From: a virus
IMG/VR virus record: IMGVR_UViG_3300017779_000001
Reading direction: 5' to 3' (one strand)
DNA: 64,000 nt
A program made the position numbers and the translations under genes. Positions 18,012-25,469 of this stretch are shown here, piece by piece. Position 1 is the stretch's first letter. Each line of letters starts with the position of its first letter. The notes beneath the pieces were generated by a model. That model was not told the DNA's origin. It did no database searches and worked only from the letters and a program-made list of their open reading frames with translations.

Positions 18012-18218
18012 ATGCCAGTGAAATTCGGTAAAACTTCTGTACAGATTGACAGAAATACAAAAAAGAAAACCATAGTTCATGATTACATGAAAACTAAAAC
18101 TAATCAAGAACTCATGGATGCATACAATAAACCAGTAATTCCTAAACTTCGTCAGAAGGTAAAGAATGAAATAGTGAGAAGAAGTAAAAAAGGTCTTGCA
18201 AATATAGTATTCAGTTGA
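18012..18218 (+). CDS. hypothetical basic protein
   Basis: GGAG SD; ACTAAATA late-like promoter at 17980. Confidence 0.7.
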   Translation: MPVKFGKTSVQIDRNTKKKTIVHDYMKTKTNQELMDAYNKPVIPKLRQKVKNEIVRRSKKGLANIVFS

Positions 18219-18341
18219 TATAATGTCTAAATACTAATGTGACACACAATTGTCACATAATAGAAACAATTACGACACAAAGAGTAAGTAACGAAAGTGA
18301 AGTCCATGTGTCAGATAGTTTCAACATAACAGGAGATAACA

Positions 18342-18452
18342 ATGCGACATTATGCATCATTGTCTGCCGAGTATCTAAGGACGCAAGCAGACCGACTACA
18401 CAACCTCATGAAATGTGGTAGATTACAGAATGTAATCAGAGAAATTTATTAG
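18342..18452 (+). CDS. small protein (36 aa, not in ORF track)
   Basis: AGGAG SD; MRHYASLSAEYLRTQADRLHNLMKCGRLQNVIREIY. Confidence 0.55.
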   Translation: MRHYASLSAEYLRTQADRLHNLMKCGRLQNVIREIY

Positions 18453-18471
18453 GTTTTTTTCAAAAAACCCC

Positions 18472-18501
18472 TTGACTTTTATGTAAAAGTCCCTATATAA
18501 T
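18472..18501 (+). promoter_or_regulatory. sigma70-type promoter of hsp20
   Basis: TTGACT-18-TATAAT. Confidence 0.75.
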
Positions 18502-18513
18502 ATAGTATGAGAA

Positions 18514-18569
18514 CTTCAAAAGAGCTCGGGTATTGACCTTCGGGAAGATATATCTTCAAAAGAGCTCGG
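18514..18569 (+). repeat. 16-bp direct repeat x2 in the hsp20 leader
   Basis: CTTCAAAAGAGCTCGG at 18514 and 18554. Confidence 0.9.
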
Positions 18570-18613
18570 TTCTCTACACCTAATGCCCAGTAGGGGTTAG
18601 GTATTAACATTAA

Positions 18614-18631
18614 CTTGCTTTTAAAAAGGAG
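18614..18631 (+). promoter_or_regulatory. ROSE-like RNA thermometer hairpin
   Basis: CUUGCUUUU pairs with the AAGGAG SD with a bulged G (U-U/C-GCU ROSE motif), upstream of a small HSP. Confidence 0.6.
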
Positions 18632-18637
18632 AAAATT

Positions 18638-19051
18638 ATGACAAGTATAGACGCTTTCGGTCGCTTCAGACCACTAACCATCGGATTTGATAGACTCTTC
18701 GAAGACCTCGACAGAGTAACAACTCAATCAGATAATTACCCACCATACAACTTAATCAAAGTAGATGAAGATTCATTCTTTATTGAACTTGCAGTAGCAG
18801 GATTTGCTAAAGACGAGATATCGATTGAGTTTAAAGATAGAGTTTTAACTATCACAGGTGATTCATCCCCAAGAGTCGATGGTGTCGATTTTGTTCATAA
18901 GGGAATCTCAGAAAGAAACTTCATTAGAAAATTCACACTTGCAGAACATATTGTTATCAAGAGTGCAAAAGTAACCAATGGTTTACTAGTGATTTCACTG
19001 GACAGAGAAATTCCCGAAGAAGAAAAACCTCAAGTAATTAAAATTAAATAA
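18638..19051 (+). CDS. small heat shock protein Hsp20 (IbpA-like)
   Basis: IGFDRLF, NYPPYNL, IELAVAGF, HKGISERNF, NGLL. Confidence 0.96.
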   Translation: MTSIDAFGRFRPLTIGFDRLFEDLDRVTTQSDNYPPYNLIKVDEDSFFIELAVAGFAKDEISIEFKDRVLTITGDSSPRVDGVDFVHKGISERNFIRKFTLAEHIVIKSAKVTNGLLVISLDREIPEEEKPQVIKIK

Positions 19052-19060
19052 GAAAACGTA

Positions 19061-19089
19061 TTGACTAAATACACGGATAGTAGTATACT
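19061..19089 (+). promoter_or_regulatory. sigma70-type promoter
   Basis: TTGACT-17-TATACT. Confidence 0.7.
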
Positions 19090-19125
19090 AGAGTATATTA
19101 ACGTATATATTATGGAGACTTAATT

Positions 19126-19635
19126 ATGAGTTTTGTTACAGCAGGAGAAACTAGAATACCGAAGACCCATCTCACACAGAGAGTTGAAGATAACTTTGAT
19201 GTTATCAACACTCAGAAAATGTTTGAGACAGGTAAGAATGTATTCTTCACTTTGCCAGGCGCATACACACCAACTTGTTCGACTAGACAACTTCCTCGTT
19301 ATGAAGAATTATTCGAAGAGTTCCAAGGTAAGGGTGTTGACAACATTTACTGTTTTTCAGTGAATGATGGTTTCGTTATGAACGCATGGTCAAACGACCT
19401 AAATATAACAAAGGTCAAGATGATTGCAGATGGAAATGGTTCCTTTGCAAATAAACTTGGTATTTTGGTTGATAAATTAAACTTAGGATTTGGTAAACGT
19501 GCATGGAGATGTGCAGCTGTCGTTGAAGACGGACTAATCACTCAATGGTATGAAGAGCCTGGTATCTCTCAAGATGCTAGTAATGACCCATACAAGGTTA
19601 CTAACCCTGAAAACATCCTTTCAAACTTGGAGTAA
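19126..19635 (+). CDS. peroxiredoxin (Prx5-like)
   Basis: LPGAYTPTCS, SVNDGFVMNAW, ADGNG, GFGKRAWR. Confidence 0.93.
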   Translation: MSFVTAGETRIPKTHLTQRVEDNFDVINTQKMFETGKNVFFTLPGAYTPTCSTRQLPRYEELFEEFQGKGVDNIYCFSVNDGFVMNAWSNDLNITKVKMIADGNGSFANKLGILVDKLNLGFGKRAWRCAAVVEDGLITQWYEEPGISQDASNDPYKVTNPENILSNLE

Positions 19636-19638
19636 AAA

Positions 19639-19869
19639 ATGGCATTTAGAGCAACAATCGAAAGAGCAGCAAATGGTTATGCAGTTGTTATTGAACATGA
19701 TGATAAAGAGGCAACTCCTAATCATTTATCAGTACACGGTCTATTAGACGACGCAGTAAACTTTGTATCAGAATTCTTTACAGACGTAGAGGGTAACGAA
19801 GGCAAAGAAGAGTCAAAAGACGGTGAAGCTGAAGTTTTAACAGAAGCAGAAGCACCTGTTCAATCTTAA
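19639..19869 (+). CDS. hypothetical protein
   Basis: GGAG SD; IERAANGY motif. Confidence 0.65.
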   Translation: MAFRATIERAANGYAVVIEHDDKEATPNHLSVHGLLDDAVNFVSEFFTDVEGNEGKEESKDGEAEVLTEAEAPVQS

Positions 19870-19884
19870 TCTAAAAGAGTTCTC

Positions 19885-19912
19885 GGGGGTTCTCTTACCA
19901 ACCCCCATTTTT
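19885..19912 (+). terminator. intrinsic terminator
   Basis: GGGGGTT-8-AACCCCC followed by a T-rich tract. Confidence 0.75.
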
Positions 19913-19927
19913 ATTTTAAAAAACATC

Positions 19928-19956
19928 TAGACAACACGTCTAGATTATTATATAAT
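19928..19956 (+). promoter_or_regulatory. sigma70-type promoter of the que cluster
   Basis: TAGACA-17-TATAAT. Confidence 0.7.
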
Positions 19957-19962
19957 GAATCT

Positions 19963-20397
19963 ATGTATCGAGTAATCAAAACTTACGGAAATGACAGAGG
20001 TCTATCTTGTGCATTCAGACAATGGAAAGCAGATAGTCACTGTAATTTAATTCACGGGTATTCCCTTGGTTTTAAAATCACTTTCGAAGCAGACACACTA
20101 GACTCTAGAAATTGGGTAATTGACTTTGGAGATTTCTCTAAACTTAAGAACTTCCTAGAGGATACATTTGACCACACAACTGCAGTCGCAGAAGACGACC
20201 CTCATATCTACACTTTCAGAAAGTTATCACATGACGGTTTAATCAGATTGGTGATGATGGAAAATGTAGGATGTGAAATGTTTGCTAAATATGTTTACGA
20301 TTACTGTGTACAAGAGTACAACGATGACAGAGTAAAAGTACACTCAGTAGAGTGTTTTGAACATGGAGCAAACAGTGCTATATTCGGAAATTTTTAA
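19963..20397 (+). CDS. queD: 6-carboxytetrahydropterin synthase QueD
   Basis: HCNLIHGYS, WVIDFG, FDH, GCE, FEHGANSA. Confidence 0.9.
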   Translation: MYRVIKTYGNDRGLSCAFRQWKADSHCNLIHGYSLGFKITFEADTLDSRNWVIDFGDFSKLKNFLEDTFDHTTAVAEDDPHIYTFRKLSHDGLIRLVMMENVGCEMFAKYVYDYCVQEYNDDRVKVHSVECFEHGANSAIFGNF

Positions 20398-21196
20398 AAG
20401 TATTCAAGGAGAAGGACATTACACTGGAGTCCCAACTGCATGGTTGAGATTCTTTGGATGTAATCTTGAGTGCAATGGTTTCGGTCAGAATGACCCAACA
20501 GACCCATCCACATACGAATTACCTTTCGAAAAGATAAGCTTAACAGACATTACACAAGTAGAAGAGTTACCTGTATTTAAGTATGGGTGTGACTCATCTT
20601 ACTCTTGGTCAAAGAAGTTTGCACATCTACAACACAAAGAGACACCCGAAGAAGTTGCAGATAGATTAGATGACTTGTTAAAAGACAACTGGCATCTTGC
20701 ATTTACTGGTGGAGAACCATTACTTAGAGCTGCACAGAAGAACATGGTAAAGATACTCAACAGAATACCAAAACAGAATTACATTACCATAGAAACAAAT
20801 GGTACACAAATCATACGTGAAGAACTAGAAACGTATATCAGTCACTACCCACATAAAGAATTTTTCTTTTCTATCAGTCCCAAAATCTTCAATACTAGTG
20901 GAGAAAAGGATGCAGTCAAACCCGAAGTTGTAAAACAATACCATGACCTATCACGACATGGTCAACTTAAGTTTGTATGTAATGGAACAGATGAATCATG
21001 GGAAGAGATTGAAAATGCAATCCAATCCTTCCGTGACGTTGGTGTCAGATATCCTATATGGATTATGCCTGTAGGTGCATTAGAAGAAACACAACAAGAG
21101 AATGCAGCTATGATTGCAGAACAAACAATGGATAGAGGATATAATGTATCTGCAAGAGTTCACTGTTACATATGGGGTAACCAAATCGGAACATGA
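20363..21196 (+). CDS. queE: 7-carboxy-7-deazaguanine synthase QueE (radical SAM)
   Basis: SEIFKSIQGEG, LRFFGCNLEC...GCDS, FTGGEPL, IETNG, SISPK. Confidence 0.93.
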   Translation: MEQTVLYSEIFKSIQGEGHYTGVPTAWLRFFGCNLECNGFGQNDPTDPSTYELPFEKISLTDITQVEELPVFKYGCDSSYSWSKKFAHLQHKETPEEVADRLDDLLKDNWHLAFTGGEPLLRAAQKNMVKILNRIPKQNYITIETNGTQIIREELETYISHYPHKEFFFSISPKIFNTSGEKDAVKPEVVKQYHDLSRHGQLKFVCNGTDESWEEIENAIQSFRDVGVRYPIWIMPVGALEETQQENAAMIAEQTMDRGYNVSARVHCYIWGNQIGT

Positions 21197-21951
21197 GTGT
21201 AAATATGATAACAAATAATAGAGAGAAAGTCAGAGGTAAGACTGTTCTTCTCTATAGTGGTGGACAAGACTCAATAATCATTGACCACCTTTTACAACCC
21301 GATGTCTTACTGAACATTAGTATGAAATCTAATTATGACCATAGAGAAAGAATGTCTATGAGTGGATTGGATGAGAGGATGATATTTCTTGATGATGTGT
21401 TAAACCTAGGACAATTTGAAAGAGACGATGCAATAGTTCCAAACAGAAATGCACACTTGGTTTTGATTGCATCTTACTATGGTGAACATATCATGATGGG
21501 TTCAGTCAGTGGTGACAGGTCATATGATAAAGATGAGGTATTCTATCTAAGGATGATGGACTTACTTAATCACATGTGGCAAGAACAACACTGGACTGAG
21601 GAAAGAAGATTTACAATTGAATCACCATACAAAGACAAAACAAAAACAGAATTAGTAAAAGAGTTTATCGAAGTAAAAGGTATAGACTTTGCAACGAAAG
21701 AACTATTCCAATCCTATTCATGTTATGAAGGTAGATTGAAACACTGTGGTCAGTGTAAAGCATGTTTTAGAAAATGGGTATCACTAGTGAACAACGATAT
21801 ATTTTTTGATGAAGACTACTGGGAAAATAATCCAATTAAAGCAAAATGGCTTGACGATATAAAAGACTCAGTGTATAATAGAACATACCGTGGTAAAGAA
21901 GACAGTGACATACAGAGAGCATTGGTTCTTAATGGAGACTGGAAGATATAA
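21193..21951 (+). CDS. queC: 7-cyano-7-deazaguanine synthase QueC
   Basis: LLYSGGQDS PP-loop, VPNRN, SCY...HCGQCKAC. Confidence 0.9.
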   Translation: MSVNMITNNREKVRGKTVLLYSGGQDSIIIDHLLQPDVLLNISMKSNYDHRERMSMSGLDERMIFLDDVLNLGQFERDDAIVPNRNAHLVLIASYYGEHIMMGSVSGDRSYDKDEVFYLRMMDLLNHMWQEQHWTEERRFTIESPYKDKTKTELVKEFIEVKGIDFATKELFQSYSCYEGRLKHCGQCKACFRKWVSLVNNDIFFDEDYWENNPIKAKWLDDIKDSVYNRTYRGKEDSDIQRALVLNGDWKI

Positions 21952-21954
21952 ATA
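21947..21954 (+). promoter_or_regulatory. T4-type late promoter
   Basis: TATAAATA upstream of folE. Confidence 0.6.
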
Positions 21955-22013
21955 TATGTGTTACACAAAGGTAACAACATATCACAAAACATAACCGAGT
22001 AAGGAAGGTAAAA

Positions 22014-22697
22014 ATGGCATATAACAAAACCAAAACAGACCCAGCATTGGGTTTGGAAATTCACAACCATCTACATAAAGTTGGTGTAGAAACACCAACG
22101 AAACAGAATGGTCTAAGTCGTACAGACAAAATAGAAAACATAGAAAGACACATGGAACAAATCATGAAGACCCTTGGTCTAGATTTATCCGATGACAGTC
22201 TAATTGATACACCAAAAAGAGTTGCAAAGATGTATGTCAATGAAGTCTTTTGGGGTCTTGACTATGAAGCATTCCCTAAGTGTACTGCAGTAGATAACAA
22301 GATGAAGTATGAGAACATGATTGTTGAAACAAACATAAGTGTTCAATCAAACTGTGAACATCACTTCGTAGTAATTGATGGTACTGCAACAGTAGCTTAC
22401 ATACCAAAACAAAAAGTCTTAGGTCTTAGTAAGATGAATCGTATCGTAGAATACTTTTCTAAGAGACCACAAATACAAGAGAGACTAACAGAACAAATCT
22501 ATCATGCATTATCATACATTCTTGATACAGAAGATGTTGCAGTCGTAGTTGATGCACAACACTACTGTGTAAAGAGTAGAGGTGTAGAAGATACAGGGTC
22601 ATCAACAATCACATCTAGATTAGGTGGTGCATTTTTTGATGATGATAAAACAAGAACAGAGTTCATGCAAATAGTTTGGGGAAAAAGATGTCAGTAA
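22014..22697 (+). CDS. folE: GTP cyclohydrolase I
   Basis: DTPKRVAKM, SNCEHH, GLSKMNR, RPQIQERLT, HYCVKSRG. Confidence 0.97.
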   Translation: MAYNKTKTDPALGLEIHNHLHKVGVETPTKQNGLSRTDKIENIERHMEQIMKTLGLDLSDDSLIDTPKRVAKMYVNEVFWGLDYEAFPKCTAVDNKMKYENMIVETNISVQSNCEHHFVVIDGTATVAYIPKQKVLGLSKMNRIVEYFSKRPQIQERLTEQIYHALSYILDTEDVAVVVDAQHYCVKSRGVEDTGSSTITSRLGGAFFDDDKTRTEFMQIVWGKRCQ

Positions 22698-22930
22698 CAA
22701 TACCCGATATTATTGGTTTTGTAGGAGTAGGATTACTGATAGTAACCTATGCACTACTACAGTTAGACCGTATTGACCCGAAAGGTTTTTGGTACAGTTT
22801 CAACAATATGATGGTTGCAATACTTGTGACTGTGAGTTTAGTTTACACACCTAACCTTGCAAGTCTAGTGATTGAATTCTTTTGGTTTTTTATTAGTGTG
22901 TTTGGATTATGGAAGTTTTACACTAGATGA
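22688..22930 (+). CDS. small 3-TM membrane protein (CBU_0592/SemiSWEET-like)
   Basis: DIIGFVG...YALLQ...YSFNN...SL...NLAS..IEFFW. Confidence 0.7.
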   Translation: MSVTIPDIIGFVGVGLLIVTYALLQLDRIDPKGFWYSFNNMMVAILVTVSLVYTPNLASLVIEFFWFFISVFGLWKFYTR

Positions 22931-24213
22931 ATTTTGAATATGTAATATCGGGAATGACAATGGGTACAGGGGACTTGTACTATAAACCAAGTTCACTTCA
23001 ACCTTATGTATCTGTGTTCAATGATAAGATATCATACATGGATGACAAGTACAAGAATCAGAATATATCAATGTTATTCAACTCACACTGTGAACCAAAA
23101 CATGGAGAATGTATTCATGACTTGATGCCTTCATGGTGTAATCTTTTTGCAGATAGTGGTGGTCTACAATTGTCAAGGACAAAGAAAGGACTCACTGGTG
23201 AAATTAAAGATAAGATATACAGACACCAAGCTCAGTACTCAGATGTGGGTATGATATTTGATGATATCCCTACAGAATTTGATGGTAGTAATACAGGTTG
23301 GTCAATGAAAACTTCTACAACAGGTAGAAGATTTGCAAAAGAATTGATACAACAGAAAGCAAACTCTACACTTGCAAATGTTAGGAGACAGATAAGTGTG
23401 TTCGATGCAATGGAGTCAGACACTAAAGTGTCACTGATTGTACAGGGTCAAGATGTAGATTCATACAGACAATACATTGAAACTATCGTCAATGGTTTAA
23501 CGGATGAAGAACTACAACGATGTGCATCAATATCATTATCATCTGCATGTTCAGGTACTGGATTTGTAAACAGAATGGAGATGTGTTATGCAGTATCTGA
23601 GTTTCAGATACCTATGGAACTTAAAAAGAATATACACTTACTAGGTGTAGGGTCACATGAGATGATGACTGCATTCTTTGTATCACCCGAATACTTTTCA
23701 TTTGTAGAGAATCTATCATATGATTCATCGACACAAGCAAACTCTTGGTTCTTCTCTAGATACAGAACACAAGAATGGGTGAACATCGATATCGATTCAC
23801 CATCAAGAAACTACAACAGTGAACAGATTTATAACGAACAGTTGATTCCGTCTATTGGAGATATCTACAATAAGAATAAGGATGCATTCCTAACATTCGG
23901 AATCAACTCCTTTGATACACTTATCGAGGAGTCAACCAAGTGGTCTAGTAAGAACACTGAAAGAGAAAGACTGTACAACAGTCCCGAAGGAGAAGATGGT
24001 GCAAAACTTTTACCATTCTTCAATCAGATGCAAGTAGTTGAACACTTCATGGATAGAGTTGATACACTATCAAACAAACCATCAAGTGTAAATGACAGAG
24101 GTCTAAGACAAATTAAAGATTGGGATATGTTTAAAAACTGGTTAGGATATCAAGGTACACAAGATAAACTACCAACAGAATTTGGAGGAAATTTAGATGA
24201 GTTCTTCGGTTAG
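22927..24213 (+). CDS. TGT-fold guanine transglycosylase (DpdA-like)
   Basis: FADSGGLQ, FDDIP, IVQG, IHLLGVG, SYDSST; ends the preQ0 gene cluster. Confidence 0.75.
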   Translation: MNFEYVISGMTMGTGDLYYKPSSLQPYVSVFNDKISYMDDKYKNQNISMLFNSHCEPKHGECIHDLMPSWCNLFADSGGLQLSRTKKGLTGEIKDKIYRHQAQYSDVGMIFDDIPTEFDGSNTGWSMKTSTTGRRFAKELIQQKANSTLANVRRQISVFDAMESDTKVSLIVQGQDVDSYRQYIETIVNGLTDEELQRCASISLSSACSGTGFVNRMEMCYAVSEFQIPMELKKNIHLLGVGSHEMMTAFFVSPEYFSFVENLSYDSSTQANSWFFSRYRTQEWVNIDIDSPSRNYNSEQIYNEQLIPSIGDIYNKNKDAFLTFGINSFDTLIEESTKWSSKNTERERLYNSPEGEDGAKLLPFFNQMQVVEHFMDRVDTLSNKPSSVNDRGLRQIKDWDMFKNWLGYQGTQDKLPTEFGGNLDEFFG

Positions 24214-24535
24214 TCCACTATTTGATGGGGGATTCTACAGAGTTGTAGAAAGTCCATATGAGAAAGAAGCTGGTATAGAAATTATGCATGGTGAGTTTAC
24301 AGGTGTCATTTATCAATATGGTAATGTAGATTTTGTAGATGGTAAACCCGAACTAAACTTTCAGAGAACTATTAGAAAATGGGATGATGAAAGGTGGGAT
24401 TTAGAGTCACTTGAACAGAACGAAGAACTAAATAATACCATGGGTGATATACTGGTAGAGCTCATCCAAACACAAATTAAGAAGGACACAGAAAATGAAC
24501 CAAGAATTATTGAAGGAACAGATAAAGAGACATGA
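24197..24535 (+). CDS. hypothetical T4-like protein
   Basis: GEFTGVIYQYGNV...MGDILVELI; GGAGG SD. Confidence 0.7.
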   Translation: MSSSVSPLFDGGFYRVVESPYEKEAGIEIMHGEFTGVIYQYGNVDFVDGKPELNFQRTIRKWDDERWDLESLEQNEELNNTMGDILVELIQTQIKKDTENEPRIIEGTDKET

Positions 24536-24950
24536 GGGTGAAGTCCTCGAAATATATGAAGACTCATTAGGGTATCTAACATTTGGAGTAGGTCACCTAG
24601 TAAAAGATGACGACCCCGAACACGGTCAACCAGTTGGTACACCAGTATCACAAGAAAGAGTTGATGATGTTTATGCAATTGACTTTGTAAAACATGTTAA
24701 CGAAACTGTTCATTTATTTGAATCAAAAGGTGGTGAAGACTTCTACAGTCTACCCGAAGATATTCAACACGTTCTTGTCAATATGACTTTTAATCTAGGA
24801 GGAACTAGATTTAGTAAGTTCAACAACATGTGGAAAGGTGTTGTATCATGTGACTGGGAAAAGGTTGCAGTAGAAATGGAAGACTCTAAGTGGTTCGGAC
24901 AAGTCGGAAGACGAAGTGTTGAATTACAAGAAATGGTAAGAAATGTTTAA
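24495..24950 (+). CDS. lysozyme (T4-like/GH24)
   Basis: HEG...YEDSLGYLTFGVGHL, NMTFNLG, DSKWFGQVGRR. Confidence 0.9.
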   Translation: MNQELLKEQIKRHEGEVLEIYEDSLGYLTFGVGHLVKDDDPEHGQPVGTPVSQERVDDVYAIDFVKHVNETVHLFESKGGEDFYSLPEDIQHVLVNMTFNLGGTRFSKFNNMWKGVVSCDWEKVAVEMEDSKWFGQVGRRSVELQEMVRNV

Positions 24951-25224
24951 GACAGAAATTAAGTGTCTAAGATTAGATACAGGTGAAACACTTATATCAC
25001 ATGTCAAAAAAGGATGGGGAGTATATAAACTATACGAACCTAAAGTTTTAATACAAGAATACGATGAAGAAAATTCTAGACTTGATGTCAATCTAGGTGT
25101 ATGGTGTCCGTATGCAGAGAAGTATGAATTTAATTTGAAGAAAAAAACTGTGGTTGCAGTATTCAAACCACGTTATAACCTAGAGAGAAACTATTTGAAC
25201 TCTCTTGCAAGGATTAGTCAATGA
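24943..25224 (+). CDS. hypothetical protein
   Basis: LRLDTGETLI; coupled ORF. Confidence 0.7.
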   Translation: MFKTEIKCLRLDTGETLISHVKKGWGVYKLYEPKVLIQEYDEENSRLDVNLGVWCPYAEKYEFNLKKKTVVAVFKPRYNLERNYLNSLARISQ

Positions 25225-25436
25225 GAGATAAATTATTAGAAGCACAAAAGTTGTGGGCATTAGGAAACATGAAGAGACATGAAGCTAACGTTGAAAATCT
25301 TCTAACTAATCCCATGGGTATCGGTGAACACCCCGACCTATCAGAAACAATCTCAGAAGAGATTAAGAAAGTTGCAGAGTACGTGGACATTCTAGAAGTC
25401 ATAGAAGATTTAATAGAAAGAACAGAAAACAACTAG
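25221..25436 (+). CDS. hypothetical protein
   Basis: HEANVE..L.NPMGIGEHPD motif. Confidence 0.75.
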   Translation: MRDKLLEAQKLWALGNMKRHEANVENLLTNPMGIGEHPDLSETISEEIKKVAEYVDILEVIEDLIERTENN

Positions 25437-25463
25437 ACTTGATACCACTACCTGTGGTATAAT
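25434..25463 (+). promoter_or_regulatory. sigma70-type promoter of gp43
   Basis: TAGACT-18-TATAAT with extended -10 TG. Confidence 0.7.
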
Positions 25464-25469
25464 TACATT

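Noticed and set aside
18238-18257. TGTGA...TCACA as a CRP site next to the cyclase
   Set aside because: The half-sites are 10 bp apart rather than 6.
18239-18421. 60-aa GTG-start ORF
   Set aside because: No SD; the overlapping AGGAG-led 36-aa ORF is better supported, although a leaderless start cannot be excluded.
18514-18569. Direct repeat as a mini CRISPR array
   Set aside because: Only two 16-bp copies, and no cas genes.
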